This document shows positions 12,810 through 25,685 of a stretch of 64,000 nt of DNA, in pieces (position 1 is the stretch's first letter; every line of letters begins with the position of its first letter). Both the position numbers and the translations under genes were made by a program. Source of the stretch: Chiloscyllium plagiosum (taxonomy: Eukaryota); NCBI RefSeq assembly GCF_004010195.1, contig NC_057721.1:39696194-39760193 (forward strand), given 5' to 3'. The notes beneath the pieces were generated by a model that did no database searches, was not told the origin of the DNA, and saw only the letters and a program-made list of their open reading frames with translations.

Positions 12810-14390
12810 AGTGAGGCATACAAGTTACACTGCACAGGAGGTACGCAAAGCAAGATCAAATGAGCAAGATCAACACTATTTGAAGTTAGTGAGTCCATTC
12901 ATCAGTCTAATTACATCAGAGAAGAAGCTGTTCTTGAGCCTGCTGGTGCGCGTGTTCAAGCTTCTATATCTCTGTCTGATGGAAGAGTATTACTGAGGTG
13001 GGAAGTGTCTTTATCGATGTTGGCATCCTTTCTGTCTTAGCAAGAAGTGCATATAGAGTGATCGGAGGTTAGCTTCCATGATCGTCTGGGCACCCAGATA
13101 GTATGCTTTCTGAGGTGCATCTAAAAACGTTGGTGAGGATCCCGATGGTCAAATTTTCTTAGCCGCCTGAAGAGGAGGAATTGTTGTGCCTTCTTAACCA
13201 CTGCACCTACATGGAAAGTCCAGGACAGGTTATTGGTTATCGTCACTCCCAGGAACATCACACTCTCAACCTCCGCTTCACTGATGTAGACGTGGGAGTG
13301 TCCTCCTCCTTTCTTTCTGATGTCAATGATCAGTTCTTTTGTTTCGTCAACTTAGAGAAAGAGGTTGTTATCACTGCACCACAACAGCAAACCCTCTACC
13401 TCCTTTCTGTATTCAAGACAGAATTTAATATTTGTCCTACTGTGGTGGTGACATCGGCAAACAAATAGATGGCATTCGTTTGGAATTTGGCTACACAGTG
13501 TTGAGTATATTGTAGGGATCTCAAAATGCATTCTTGGGCGACTCCAGTGTTGAGGGCTATTGTGGAGGAGGTGCAGTTGTCTATCTTCACTGACTGCAGT
13601 TTTGGGGTCAGGAAGCTAAGGATATAGTTGCAGGGGGTGGAGCTGAAACCTAGGTCTCGGAGTTTTACGATTGGTCTGGTGGGGTTTATGGTGTTGAATG
13701 CAGACCTGTAGTTAATGAGTAGGAGTCTGACATAGATGTTCTTGTTGCCCAGACAGTCCAGGGATGAGTGCAGGGCTAGGGAAATGGCATCCGCTGTGAC
13801 CCTTTTACTTCGGTAGGCAAATTGCATGGGATCAAGGCAAGGTGGGAGGCTGTGTTGATGTGAGCCATGACCAGCCTGTTGAAGCACTTCATGATTAGGG
13901 AGGTCAGAGCCACTAGGGATGATGGCAGTCATCTTGAAGCAGGTGGGTACTTTGGCTTGGAGGAGGGAGAGGTTGAAGAAGTCAGTGAATACCTCTGCCA
14001 AGTGGTCCGCCCAAGAGCTATGTGGATGGTTAGGGACTCTGTCCAGGCCTGGCGCTTTCCTTGGGTTGACTCCCAGGAAGACAGAACTGATGTCTGCAAC
14101 AATGATGGAGAGAACTGGTGCATTCAGGGTAGGTGACATTGCACTGCTGTCATTCTACCTGAACTGAGCATAGAAAGCACTGAGTGAATCAGGGAGGGAT
14201 GTATTTTTGTCTGCTATCTTGCTTTGCTTCATGTTGTATCTTGTTATGTTGTGTAGGCCTTGCCACAGGCAGCGGGTGTCTGTATGGTTGGTTTGGGCCT
14301 CTAACTTGGTCTGGTACTGCCTCTCGGCCTCTCCGATGGCTTTTGGGAGGTCATAGCTGGATTTTCTGTATAGGTCTGGGTCATCGGACT
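12810..14390 (-). mobile_element. Rex1/Babar non-LTR retrotransposon (decayed)
   Basis: ORF 13396-: NPRKAPGLD...FNLSLLQAKVPTCFK...LDPMQFAYRS...DAISLALH...SAFNTI...LFAD, a Rex1-type RT. Confidence 0.85.
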
Positions 14391-14569
14391 TGAATGGTGC
14401 ACATTTGGTCTTGTATCTGACATAGCTATTTGATCATGAAGCTGTATCACACTCAGACTTAGATCAGTAATAGATTTGTCAACTGGCTTGAGTAGGCTAT
14501 ACTGTTTATTGGAACAGGATGGGTGGAGAGACGGGATGGTAAGTAAGCTTGTGAATGCCATGAATACTG

Positions 14570-15425
14570 GCCAGATAGTTGACAGTAAGGAAGGAGGTTT
14601 TATGTTACAGAAGGATATAGATGGATTGGTCAGATGAGCAGATCCATGGCAGATGATGAAGTTCAACCCTGAAAAGTGTGAAATGATATACTTTGGAAGG
14701 ACTAACAAGACAAGGAAGTACTCAATGGAGGATAAGAGACTATGAAGCTCACAGGAATGCAAGGATCTTGGGATGCTTGTTCACAGAGGTGGCAGGACAA
14801 GTTAATAGGGTAGCATACAGGACACTTGCCTTTATCAGTTGTGGCACTGATTGTAAGAGCAAGGAGGTTATTCTGGAGCTTTACAGGACTTTAGATAATC
14901 TGCAACTGGAGTACTGTGTGCAGTTCTAGTCACTGTACTAAAGGAAGGATGTGACTGCACTGGAGGGGATTCACCAGGATGTTGCATACAATAGAACAGT
15001 TTAGCTATGAAGAGAAACTGGATAAGCTTGAGTTATTTCCTTTGGAGCAGAGAAGACTGAGGGGAGACCTGAATGAGGTATACAAAAGTATGATGGACAT
15101 GGACAGAGTGGATACAAAGCAGCCATTCTCCTTAGTTGATGCGTCAATAACAAGGGGCCATAACTTTAGATGAAGTAGGAGGTTTAGAGGAGATTTAAGG
15201 AAATTGTTTTTCACCTAAAGGGTGGTGGGAATCTGGAATGCACTGCCTGGGTAGATAGAAGAGATTGGAAACCTCACAACCCTTAAAATGGATGAGCACT
15301 TAAAATGTCAGACATTCAAAGCCATGGGCTAAGTGCTTGAAAGTGGGATTAGTATAGATTGAGACTAATTCATTTTGCTAGTTCAGACTTGATGGACTTT
15401 TTCTGTACTGTATGATTCTCTGACA
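14570..15425 (+). mobile_element. CR1 LINE 3' end
   Basis: ORFs 14693 and 14979 (LEYCVQF; LEQRRLRGDLNEVYK); ends GTATGATTCT. Confidence 0.85.
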
Positions 15426-15539
15426 CCTAATCTCAATGTTTTCTGTTGTTTTAAAAAAAGTCTTGAGCCTGGAGAATCCCATATACAACTCATTTCTAAT
15501 AACCTTCAATCGGGTGGCTTGCTAGAGCCATTTAAAGGG

Positions 15540-15703
15540 ATAAGTCAGGCAGCATCCAAGGAGCAGGAAAGTCAATGATTCCTGATGAAGAGCTTTTGCC
15601 CGAGACATCAATTTTTTCTGCTCCTTGGATGCTGCCTGACCTGCTGTGCTTTTTCACTCTAATCTTGACTCTGATCTCCAGCATCTGCAGTCCTCTCTTT
15701 CGC
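15540..15703 (+). mobile_element. Penelope pLTR-derived fold-back insertion with 12-bp TSD
   Basis: GTCAGGCAGCATCCAAGGAGCAG...CTGCTCCTTGGATGCTGCCTGAC inverted arms; CCATTTAAAGGG at 15528-15539 and 15704-15715. Confidence 0.75.
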
Positions 15704-16634
15704 CCATTTAAAGGGGTAATTAAACGTCAGCCACACTGCTACCTGATGCATTTTGTATGGTATGATCTACTGTACAACATGCAAAACAACATTTTTCACT
15801 GTTTCTCGGTATATGTGACAACAAACAATCATTTCTGTGGCTTGAATAAAATTCCTAACGAAGCAAAGGTTCAGCAGCCAGTTTAGTAAAATTGACAGTC
15901 TGACAATCTTCAAACTGAAATTGACGAGTTGCAGCCCTGCCTACTCATTGGTCACTTTTTTCTGAGTGTGTGCTTTCATTGCCTGACAGTTGGTTTCAAC
16001 TTGGAAGTTAGTTTGCCTGCCTTTCAATTCACTTGCCTTCAGTTGGACTTCCCCACAGTTTTCCTTCATTGTAGTATGTTAGGCAGCACCTCTGCCAAGG
16101 ATCTCTGATGAGATGAGCAGCAACACCAGGTGCTCTCTCTTAACTGTGTGCTCTTCCACAAGTTAGAAGAGATGGACATAGAGGTCCAGCCCCAAGGAGG
16201 TAAAGCTCCTAACACAGGCTGCGGCGGAGGACCAGTTCTCATCTAACACCATCAATATATCCTGCTATTCATTTCTCTGTCATGTGATTATACAAGTTTT
16301 CCTTAAATGAATCTATGATAAAATTTAGAACTGTGCAGTGCTGATCTTAAGTTAGAGACAAAGAGATTATATTCATCATACAAACTCATTTCAAGAATGG
16401 TAAACACAATGTAGTGGCAGTGTGCCAAGATTCTATTCTGTATATGGAAAAATAGTGCACACTATTTCATACAAACTGTATATTTTCCATATACAGTATT
16501 CCCTAATTGCCACTGCTAATTTGGTAGTTTTAATAAAGTCGTTTTATAGTGTACAGCTTAAACAACAGACTTGTACCGTTATTTCTTCTCATTGTCAAAA
16601 TCTATAAACATAGTAACCAAGTGGTTAAAACATA

Positions 16635-17229
16635 GAAACATAGAACAATACAGTGCAGAACAGGCCCTTCGGCCCTCGATGTTGCGCCATCCTGTGAACT
16701 ATTCTCAGCTCGTTCCCCTACACTACCACAAAATCATCCATGTGCTTATCTAAGGATTGTTTAAATCTCCCTAATGTGGCTGAGTTGACTACATTAGCAG
16801 GTAGGGCATTCCACGCCCTTACCAGTCTCTGCGTAAAGAAACTAAATGAATGGACTAAATTTAGCAGAAATCTGAATGATTTTAAATGATTCCTAATAAA
16901 TAATGTTCTCTGGCTAGGCAGCTAACTAGATTTGTTCCTCTCTCATACTGGAATTAAAATCAATCTATATGCCTTCCATTAACCAGCTGTTTATCTGAGA
17001 TATCAATGAACCAGGTTTTCTCATCGATTTATAACATGCAGTTTTATGCTGACAGCAAAGAATGAGACTTTATAAATGACTGAACTAATATTTTCTTCCA
17101 CACTAAATAACTGTGCAACAGCAATTTCAGCTTTTTTTTTGTTCAGAACCTATTGTTTTAAATTATTTGCAATAGATTATATATCTAAATAAAATTAAAA
17201 TATAATATTTTGAAATGCAAAATTTAACG
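16635..17229 (-). repeat. Copy 1 of a 595-bp duplication (CR1 3' end plus unique AT-rich sequence)
   Basis: Nearly identical to 33982-34575. Confidence 0.95.
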
Positions 17230-17768
17230 CAAGTTTAACATTTGAACCATACTACTGTCCAAAACTGGATATACCTTACTGGTAGAACCTCAAGTTTAAA
17301 GTAAGACATCTACAAGCAAAGCAGGCCTAAAGGTTTGATAGCCCTGTTTAAAAAGTGACAGGCTATTGGCCTGCTCATACACACATGCTGCAAGAGTCCC
17401 ATATCATTGACTATGGAGTGGTAGTCACTGTGGTTGAGTCACCTAAATGCAATCCACCCCTCCCCCAGTGGTAACGTTTATGTTCCCAATTTAGTAATTT
17501 TTCTTCCAGCATGGCACTTCCACTTCCACTCTCATTTGATGCTGTCAACCAAAACAGACTCCGATTTAAACCTTCTTACTGCAGAGGTCCACACCAACTT
17601 TTATTTACAGAGAAACTCAAAATATACGAGACCAGACTGAATCATATTGCATATATTTGATGCATCCTCGTTCAACTGACATTTTTTAACCCTACATAAC
17701 CTGGAAAGAGTTTGCATATTGCTTTTCATAATTATAATTCAGCAATTTTCCTATAGGAACAACAAATA

Positions 17769-17976
17769 AACAACACCAGATTATAGTCCAACAGGTTTAT
17801 ATGGAAACATTAGCTTTGAGAGCACTATTCCTTCATCAGGTGGTTGTGGAGGTTAACATCATGCTCTCAGAATTCATGGTCCAGAAGCAAGTGCTTCCAA
17901 GTAAACCTGTTGGACTATAACCTGGTGTTGTGTGATTTTTAACTTTGTCCACCCCAGTCAAACACTGGCACCTCAT
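17769..17976. mobile_element. Palindromic Penelope-terminus mini-element with 12-bp TSD
   Basis: Arms ACAACACCAGATTATAGTCCAACAGGTTTA / TAAACCTGTTGGACTATAACCTGGTGTTGT; GAACAACAAATA at 17757-17768 and 17977-17988. Confidence 0.8.
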
Positions 17977-18857
17977 GAACAACAAATAGACTTTATATTT
18001 TCACCAAATCCTACAGCTGACCTGCTTTACAAAAATAATTTGTTTTCTATCAAAAAGAGCAATTTCCATATCTAGATTCTTGAAAGGATTGTGTACCTCA
18101 GTGATTAGTGTTCTTTTCCTAAGGAAAGCCCAACTGTTTCTACTTGCAGGTTTTAATACTCAGAAAAAGTAAAGATTAACTTTATTACAGAAGGAGGCAT
18201 TTCATATCAGGAAAGTTTGTCTGGAGTGTGTATTGCCGATGCATCTTTGCAAGTTAATAATGAAGACCAGTTTTGTGGAGGAAGTTATGTTATACATTCT
18301 TTCAGACAACAAGCAATGAAAAACATCACTATAACATTATGATGTTCATATTTTATCAGTGGTATACTTTGAGTCAGAACAATGTTGCAACATGTCCTGT
18401 CATGTGAGATTTTCTTTTCCTGTTTATGCACATTCCAGAACAAAATCAGCTGTGTCATGTGTACAATGCGCAACAAAACATGAACGTTGAATCTACAATG
18501 TCCTACACTTATGACACAGGAGTCAGCTGCTTTTAAAAAAAAGTATAGATGAGCAACTGTGTGTCTGCAATACCCCATGTTTTGACAATTATTACAGGCT
18601 TTCCAGCATTTCCTGCGAGGGGCTTGAGTTTTATGAAACCTCTGCAACAAGTACACAAAGTGTAGAGATGGCAGCATGGCCAAGCATGTTAGACACAGGA
18701 TTGAGGTTCTAGTGTCTACAGAGGCATGGCTTTGAATCCATCAAGTAAGAATTGTGCTAAGGGCTTGTCATTCAGATGCTTTGGTATCTTCGAAGAGATC
18801 TTGTGCAGTGGTAGCATCCCTGACCGTGGGGCCAGAATGTTTAGGTTTAAGAAAAAC

Positions 18858-20765
18858 AAAAGAACCATGGATGCTGGAAATCTGAAACAAAAACACATTG
18901 CTGGAAAATCTCAGTAGGTCTGGTAGCATCTGTGGAGAGAAATCAGAGCTAACATTTCAGATTGAGTGACTTATGGTAGTTAGGAAAAGGATAGTTTTTA
19001 TACAAAAAATGGGGTAGGGAAGGGCGGGGGCGCGGAGAGCAAACAATACACTGAGTTAGAGCCCCAAATGAGAAAAAAACTGTTGGACAGACAAAGGTGT
19101 GCTTAAAAGGTCAGTCTGGGGGAATGAATAGCTGTTAATGGGAATAACTGGTTAACAATGGGTAGTGAAAAGGTCCTGAAGAAGGGCTTATGCCCGAAAC
19201 GTCGATTCTCCTGTTCCCTGGATGCTGCCTGACCTGCTGCACTTTTCCAGCAACATATTTTCAGCTCTGATCTCCAGCATCTGCAGACCTCACTTTCTCC
19301 TTAACAATGGGTAGTGTTTGGTAGCAGCCTCTGTCATGACAATGCCTTGTGTTGGGATGGGGAAAAGCATGTGGAAAGGTACTGAAACCCTAAAATTGTT
19401 GAACTTGATACTAAATCTAGAAGGCTGCATGGTTCCCAAGTGGAAAATGAGATGCTGTAATTCCAGCTTGCGCTGAGCTTCACTACAGCACTGCAACAGG
19501 CCTCAGACAGAGCTGCTGGTCTCAGAAAACAAGGTGGTGGGTTGAAGTGGCAGACAACTGGAAGCTCAGTAATTTTGAAGTCTGAATGTAGATGTTCTGT
19601 GAAGCAATCACCCAAACTTCGTTTTCCCAATGTAGAGGAGACCACTTTGAGCAGTGAATACGGCAGACTAAATTGAGTAAAGTGCAGGTAAAGTGCTACT
19701 TAAGCTGGAAGATGTGTTTGGGACCTTGGATAGTGAGGAGGAGGAAGTAAACAGGCACGTATTACAGCTGCTGCAATTGCAGGGAAAAGTGCAGTGGGGG
19801 TATGGGGACATGTTGAGAGTGAAGGAGGAGTCGACCAGGGTGTCCTAGAGAGAACGGTCCCTGTGGAAGGCTGACAAGGGAGGGGAGGGGAATAGGGAGG
19901 GGAGGGGAATATGGAGGGGAGGGGAATACATGTCAGTTGCTGGCATCTTGTTGGAAGTTAAGGAAATGAAGGCTAACGAATGTCTGTATGAGGATGCTGG
20001 TGGGATGGTAGGCAAGGACAAGGATGACACTATCGCTGTTGTGGAAGAGATGATAAGGGATGTGGGCTGAAGTGCTTTGAGATGGGTCGGACCTGGCTGA
20101 GGGCCCTGTCAACCAGATTTGGGGAATCTTGGGATTCCTTGGTTGAGGAAGAAGGTGGGCATTTCAGAGGCTCCCTTATTGAAAGTTGGCATCATCAGAA
20201 CAGATATGATGGAGATAGAAGAATTGGGAGAATGGAATGGAGTCTCGACAGAAAGCAAGGTGTGAGAATGTACAGTCAAGGTCACTGCAAGAATCAGTTG
20301 ATTTGCAGTGGGTATTGGTGGCCAGACTATTCCTAGAAATGGAAACAGAGATGTCAAGGAAGGGAAGGGAGAAGCCAGACCAGGTGAAGGTGGAGTGGAA
20401 TGGAAATTGGAAACAAAATAGATAAACACTTCCAATTCTGGATGAAAGTGGGATGCAATGCCAATAATGTAATCGATGTACCAGAAAAAGAATTGTGGTT
20501 GGGGTCTGGAGTAGGACTGGAACAAGGAATGTTCCATGTGCCCCACAAAGAGACAGGCATAACTGGGGCCGATGCAGGTACTCACGGCTACCCCCTTTGA
20601 CCTGCAGGAAGTGAGAGGAGTTAAAAGGGAAGTTGTTCAAGGTTAGGACGAGCTCAGCCAGGTGGAGGAGGGTAGCGGCTGAGGGGGGCAGTTCAGGCCA
20701 TTTTTTTTTCAGGAAGAGGAGAACCCCAAGACCATCCTGATGGGGATGGACGTACAAAGGGATTC
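18858..20765 (-). mobile_element. Penelope-like element (RT and GIY-YIG region, decayed)
   Basis: ORFs 20176-/20109-: LAELVLTLNNF...HFLQ, GPSYACLFVG, YIDY (YIDD-like). ORF 19334- has an endonuclease C-terminal region. pLTR motif at 18860-18960. Confidence 0.85.
19168..19300 (+). mobile_element. Young Penelope pLTR fragment nested in the older PLE, 16-bp TSD
   Basis: TTAACAATGGGTAGTG at 19152-19167 and 19301-19316. Contains CTGAAGAAGGGCTTATGCCCGAAAC. Confidence 0.85.
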
Positions 20766-20767
20766 TG

Positions 20768-21010
20768 TACGAAAAAGCTGTCCCTCAGATCCCTTTTAAA
20801 CCTTTCCCCGCTCATCTTAAACTGATCCCCTTTAGTTTGGACTCTCTTACCTTGAAGAAAAGGCCTGGACTATTCACCCTATCTCTGCCCCTCATGATTT
20901 TATAAACTTCTATAAAGTCACTCCTTAGCCTCTGATGCTCCAGGGAAAATATTCTATTCAGCCTCTTTCTATAGCTTAAACCCTGTAACGCTGTCAACAT
21001 CCTTGTAAAT
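20768..21010 (-). mobile_element. CR1 fragment
   Basis: ORF 20812-: FSLEHQRLRSDFIEVYKIMRG. Confidence 0.8.
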
Positions 21011-22377
21011 CTAAAGTTAATTTGCGAACAGCTACTAAGCCAAATATTACCTACAGGTTTGAGAATGTAATCACTAATTCTTTTAACACCCAGTCAGCTG
21101 TCTGATCTAGAATATGCATTAGATTATAATATTAAATATACTAACAGCACAATATTTGTTCTTCGATGTTATTGACAAAACAGCTTAAATCCTCCACCCG
21201 ATTATATTTTTTGGTTGCAGTTAAGGTTAAATTGTAAGACCTATTTTCAAAACTCATTCGTTAATACAGGTGTGGATTGACAAAGCATAAAATGGAAGAA
21301 TAAAACAATTATCATTATTTTTAATCCTGAGTTGCCTTGACACAACAGTAATTAGTTTTCTTTCTAAACTACAGCAGTTATGTTGAGAATGTGCTCTCAT
21401 GTTTAATATTTTTACACTAAATATTTTTAAAAGGTCATTTGTGAGAAACATGGCACTTTTGAAATCTTACTTGTCAAACCTATGTCACATAACTGTTGAA
21501 TACATTAAACAATAAAATTTGCAATACTTTGTTCAAAAACATATATAGCTACAACAACTACCTACTTTATGATTGATAGTTTAAGTAAAACCATCAGTTA
21601 GATGTTGAGCTTATAAAAATAACTCAAATTACTCAGTAAGCTCCTCAATCAAAACTAAACAGGAAAAATAAACCAATAAAACGCATATTTTATTTGCTAA
21701 ATTATTTTAATTGTCATATTATTTCCTCAACCGCCACATGAAGGTAAAGCATACAATTTATAATATGTAAACATCAAAACAGATTCATATTTTGATCCCT
21801 TCCTAAGAATGGCGGTCTTCATCTGGATTTTCCTTCTTTATTTTTTGGTTGGCTTCACATACAGCAACTCTCTAGTCCTGTTCATGTCTCTAAAAGGATG
21901 AATATGCTTCAAGGCAACAGCATCAAGAGCAAAGAAAGCATTGCAGCTGTACCATATCCACAAAAAGCATCACCTACGACTATAATGGGAGCAAACAGTT
22001 TACTGTGGACATGTGCATCATCCATTTTACTGTAAAGGGGCACTGAAATCAGGAGACTTAGCAAGAATCATTTTCTATCCTTCCATGGAATCATAAATAC
22101 AGGGATGACAACTTTATGACTTGCCACTGTGGTTACCGTTTGATACTACTTTGGTTATAGTTCTTACTAATCTTCTGCTGGCTGCAAGTGCAATTTCATC
22201 TTATAATATAGCTTCTTCCTATACTATACTGGTCTCATGTTTTGAGGTTACTCCTGTTCTTCTTGGCTGGTCCCATAATGCTCCTTGATCACAGAAGTGA
22301 CATTGTGCTGTCAAATCTCTGAACCTCTCTCCAACTCTTAAACATCACTTTACTCACTTCAATCAGTTATTAGCAAA

Positions 22378-24330
22378 TCATAGAAAGATAGAAAATAGGA
22401 GCAGAAATACACCATTCAGACCTTTGAGCCTGCTCATTGACCGTCCAACTCAATAGCCTGTTTTTGTTTCTCCTTGATCCCTTTAGTCCCAACAGCTATA
22501 TCCAACTTTTTCTTTAAAATATATATTAGCCTCCACTGCTTTCTGTGGTAACGAATTCCTGGCTCACCACTCTTTTGGTGGAGGAATTTCTCTTCATCTC
22601 AACATTAAATGGTTTGCCCTGTATCCTTAGACTGTGGCCCCGGATTTCAACTCCCTAATCATTGAGAACATCCTTCTTGCATCTACCCAGTATAGACCTG
22701 ACAGAATTTTATAGGTTTCTAGGAGAAGTTCTCCCTCATACTTCTGAACTCCAGCAAATGTAACCATAACCGATGCAACCTCTCCTCACACTTCAGAACT
22801 GTCACCCCAGGAATAAGTCTGAGAAATCTCTCCTGCATTCCTTCTATGGCAAGAACATCCTTCCTTTGAGAAGGAGACCAAAACTACATACAATATTTAA
22901 GCTAAAATTATAAAACACCAAGTTATAGTGAAACAGGTTTATTTGGAAGTACAAGCTTTCAGAGCGCAGCTCCTTCGTCTGGTAGATAGTGGGGACGGAT
23001 CATAGGACACAGAATTTATCTTAAAAGATCGAAGTGTCATACAACTGATGCGATGTATTGAACAAACCTCGATTGCTCTTAAGTTTTTAATCACTTAGAA
23101 TGGGGATGCAGGTTTTGATTGATTAATCTGTAAATCCCGGAACTTGAAGTCACATTCCCTAGATAACTTAAGGTTTTATCAGTATATGTAAAAAGAGTGA
23201 CATCTCAGCTCAGACAATGCATTAAACGTGGGAGATTTTCATCTGTCTGTACCCCAACTATGAATCAGACTAGTTCTATTTCCAAAATAGGAATTTATAA
23301 AACGTCACATGCACTGACTGCCTACAGATTGTGTGCTTTTTGAACAGGATAGAATGTATCTGCAAACGCAAATTCACCTCATAGACATGGGCATGCGCGC
23401 ACACACAAGTCTATGGGGTGAATTTGCATTTGCAGATATATTCTATTTTGTTCAAAAAGCACACAATCTGTAAGCAGTCAGCCGATGTGACATTTTATAA
23501 ATTCTTACTTTTGAAATAGAACCAGTCTGACTCAAGGTTAGGATACAGACTCTAACCTCACACCTTTAATGCATTGTCTGAACTGATACGTCATTTTTTT
23601 TTCACACAACCTTAAGTTATCTCGGGAATGTGACTTGAAAGAAGTTCTAGGATTTACATTTTATTGAATCGTAACCTGCACCTCCATTCTAAGTGACTAA
23701 AGACTTAAGAACAATCGAGGTTTGTTCAAGACATCGCATCAGTTGTATAACACTTTGATCTTTTACTATAAATTCTGTGTCCTATGATCCAGCCTCACTA
23801 GCCACCCAACGAAGGAGCAGCACTCCGAAAGCTTGTACTTTCAAATAAAACAGTTGGACTATAACTTGGTGTTGTGTGATTTTTAGCTTCATCCACTTCA
23901 GTCCAACACTGGTACCTCCACGTCATGACTACAATATTTAAAGTGTGGTCTTACCAAGGCCCTTTATAATTGCAACAAGGCATCCCTACTCCTGTATTCA
24001 AAGTCAATTGTTATGAAGGCCAATATATCATTTCCCTCCCTGATTGCCTGTTACACCTACATGCTTACTTTCAGTGACTGGCGTACAAGGACACTCAGGC
24101 CTTGCTGCAAATTTCCCTCAATTTATAGCTATTTAAATAAGAATCCGCCTCCTGCTTTTACCAAAATGGATAACGTCACATTTATCTATATTATACTGCA
24201 TCTGCCATAATTTTACGCACTCACTCACCTAGCTGATCTAAATGATAGTAAAACATCTCTATATCCTTCTCACAGTTCACCCTCCAACCCAACTTCGCAT
24301 ATCCGCAAGTTTGGAGATATCACATTTGAT
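22378..24330 (-). mobile_element. CR1 LINE interrupted by a palindromic insertion
   Basis: CR1 tail (CATAGAAAGATAGAA) at the left. The CR1 sequence GGAGACCAAAACTAC...resumes as GTGTGGTCTTACCAAGGCC after 23941. Confidence 0.8.
22901..23929. mobile_element. ~1 kb palindromic Penelope-derived element with 12-bp TSD
   Basis: Arms of about 480 bp are reverse complements about a centre near 23395. TACAATATTTAA at 22889-22900 and 23930-23941. Confidence 0.85.
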
Positions 24331-24477
24331 TTTGAACATATCTAGCAAGTTAAGACTAGCTAAATTTGAAACTTTAGTCAGGGAGTAAACAGGGATTTAT
24401 GTGGCCAATATGATGCAGGATGGTACTCTGCCTTCCAGGTGGTAGAACTGTTACAAGGCATTCATGTAGGTGAATTC

Positions 24478-25685
24478 ATACGATGTAGGAGCAGAATTAG
24501 GCCATTTGGACCATGGAGTCTGTGCTGCCATTTGATCATGGCTGATATGCTCCTCATCCCCATTTTCCTTCCTTCTTTACATATGCCTTCAACCCATTAC
24601 CAATTAAAAATCTGTCTAACTCCTCCTTAAATGTCCCAGCATCCACTGCACTTTTGGGTAGCAAATTCCACAGATTCCCAACCCTTTGGGAAAAGTAGTT
24701 TCGTCTCAACTGTGTTTTAAATTGCTACCCCTTATCCTAAGACTATGATCCCTCATCCAAGAATGCACCACAAGAGGAAGCATCCGCTCCACGTCTACTT
24801 TATCATCTTGAATATCTCAATTTGATCTCCCCTCATTTTTCTAAATTCCAGAGAACATAGGTCTAAACTATTCAATCTCTCTTCCTACGACTGAATCCCA
24901 CATCTCTGGGATCAATCTAGTGAACTTCCTCTGAACTGCATCCAATGCCACTATATCTTTCCTCAAACAAGGAGACCATAATACTCCAGGTGCAGTCTCA
25001 TCTATGCCTTACATTGTTGCAAGGCATTGATGAGACTGCACCTGGAGTAGGTGCAACAATATAAAGTTGCAACAATATTTCCTTACCTTATATTCTATTT
25101 CTTTTGGTCTAAAAGTCAACATTCCATTCACTTTCTATATTATTTGCTGTACATGCATGTTAGCTTTCCGTGACTCGTGAACGAGTACATCTCGATCCCT
25201 CTGCACTGGAGCACCCTGAAGAGTTGCCCCATTAACATAATAAGTCTCCTTCCCATTTTTTCAGCCCAAATGTATGACCTTGCACCTATCCACATTAAAC
25301 TTCATCTGCCACATTTTGGCCCACTCTCATAACCTAGTTACATCTCTTTGTAAGGTCCTTATTTCCTCTTTGCAATTTACCTTCCTGCCTATTTTTGTTC
25401 TGTCTGCAAACTTGGCTCTTGAGCCTTCTTTCCCTGTATCTAAGTTGTTAATGTAGATTATAAATAGCGGGGTCCAAGGACCGAACTCTATGGCACCCCA
25501 CTAGTTACATCTTGCCATCCTGAAAAAAACCCATTTATCCCGACACTCTGTCTTCTGTCCATCAGCCAAGCTAATAAATTATCCCAATCCCATATCATCC
25601 AACCTTGTGAATTAACCTTTTGTGCAGCATCTTATGAAATACCTTCTGAAGTCCAGATATATTACATCTACGTGATCCCCATTAT
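24478..25685 (-). mobile_element. CR1 LINE 3' portion
   Basis: GTAGGAGCAGAATTAGGCCATT 3' UTR; CATTAAACTTCATCTGCCA (WQMKFN) and TCTGCAAAC (FAD) on the minus strand. Confidence 0.8.
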
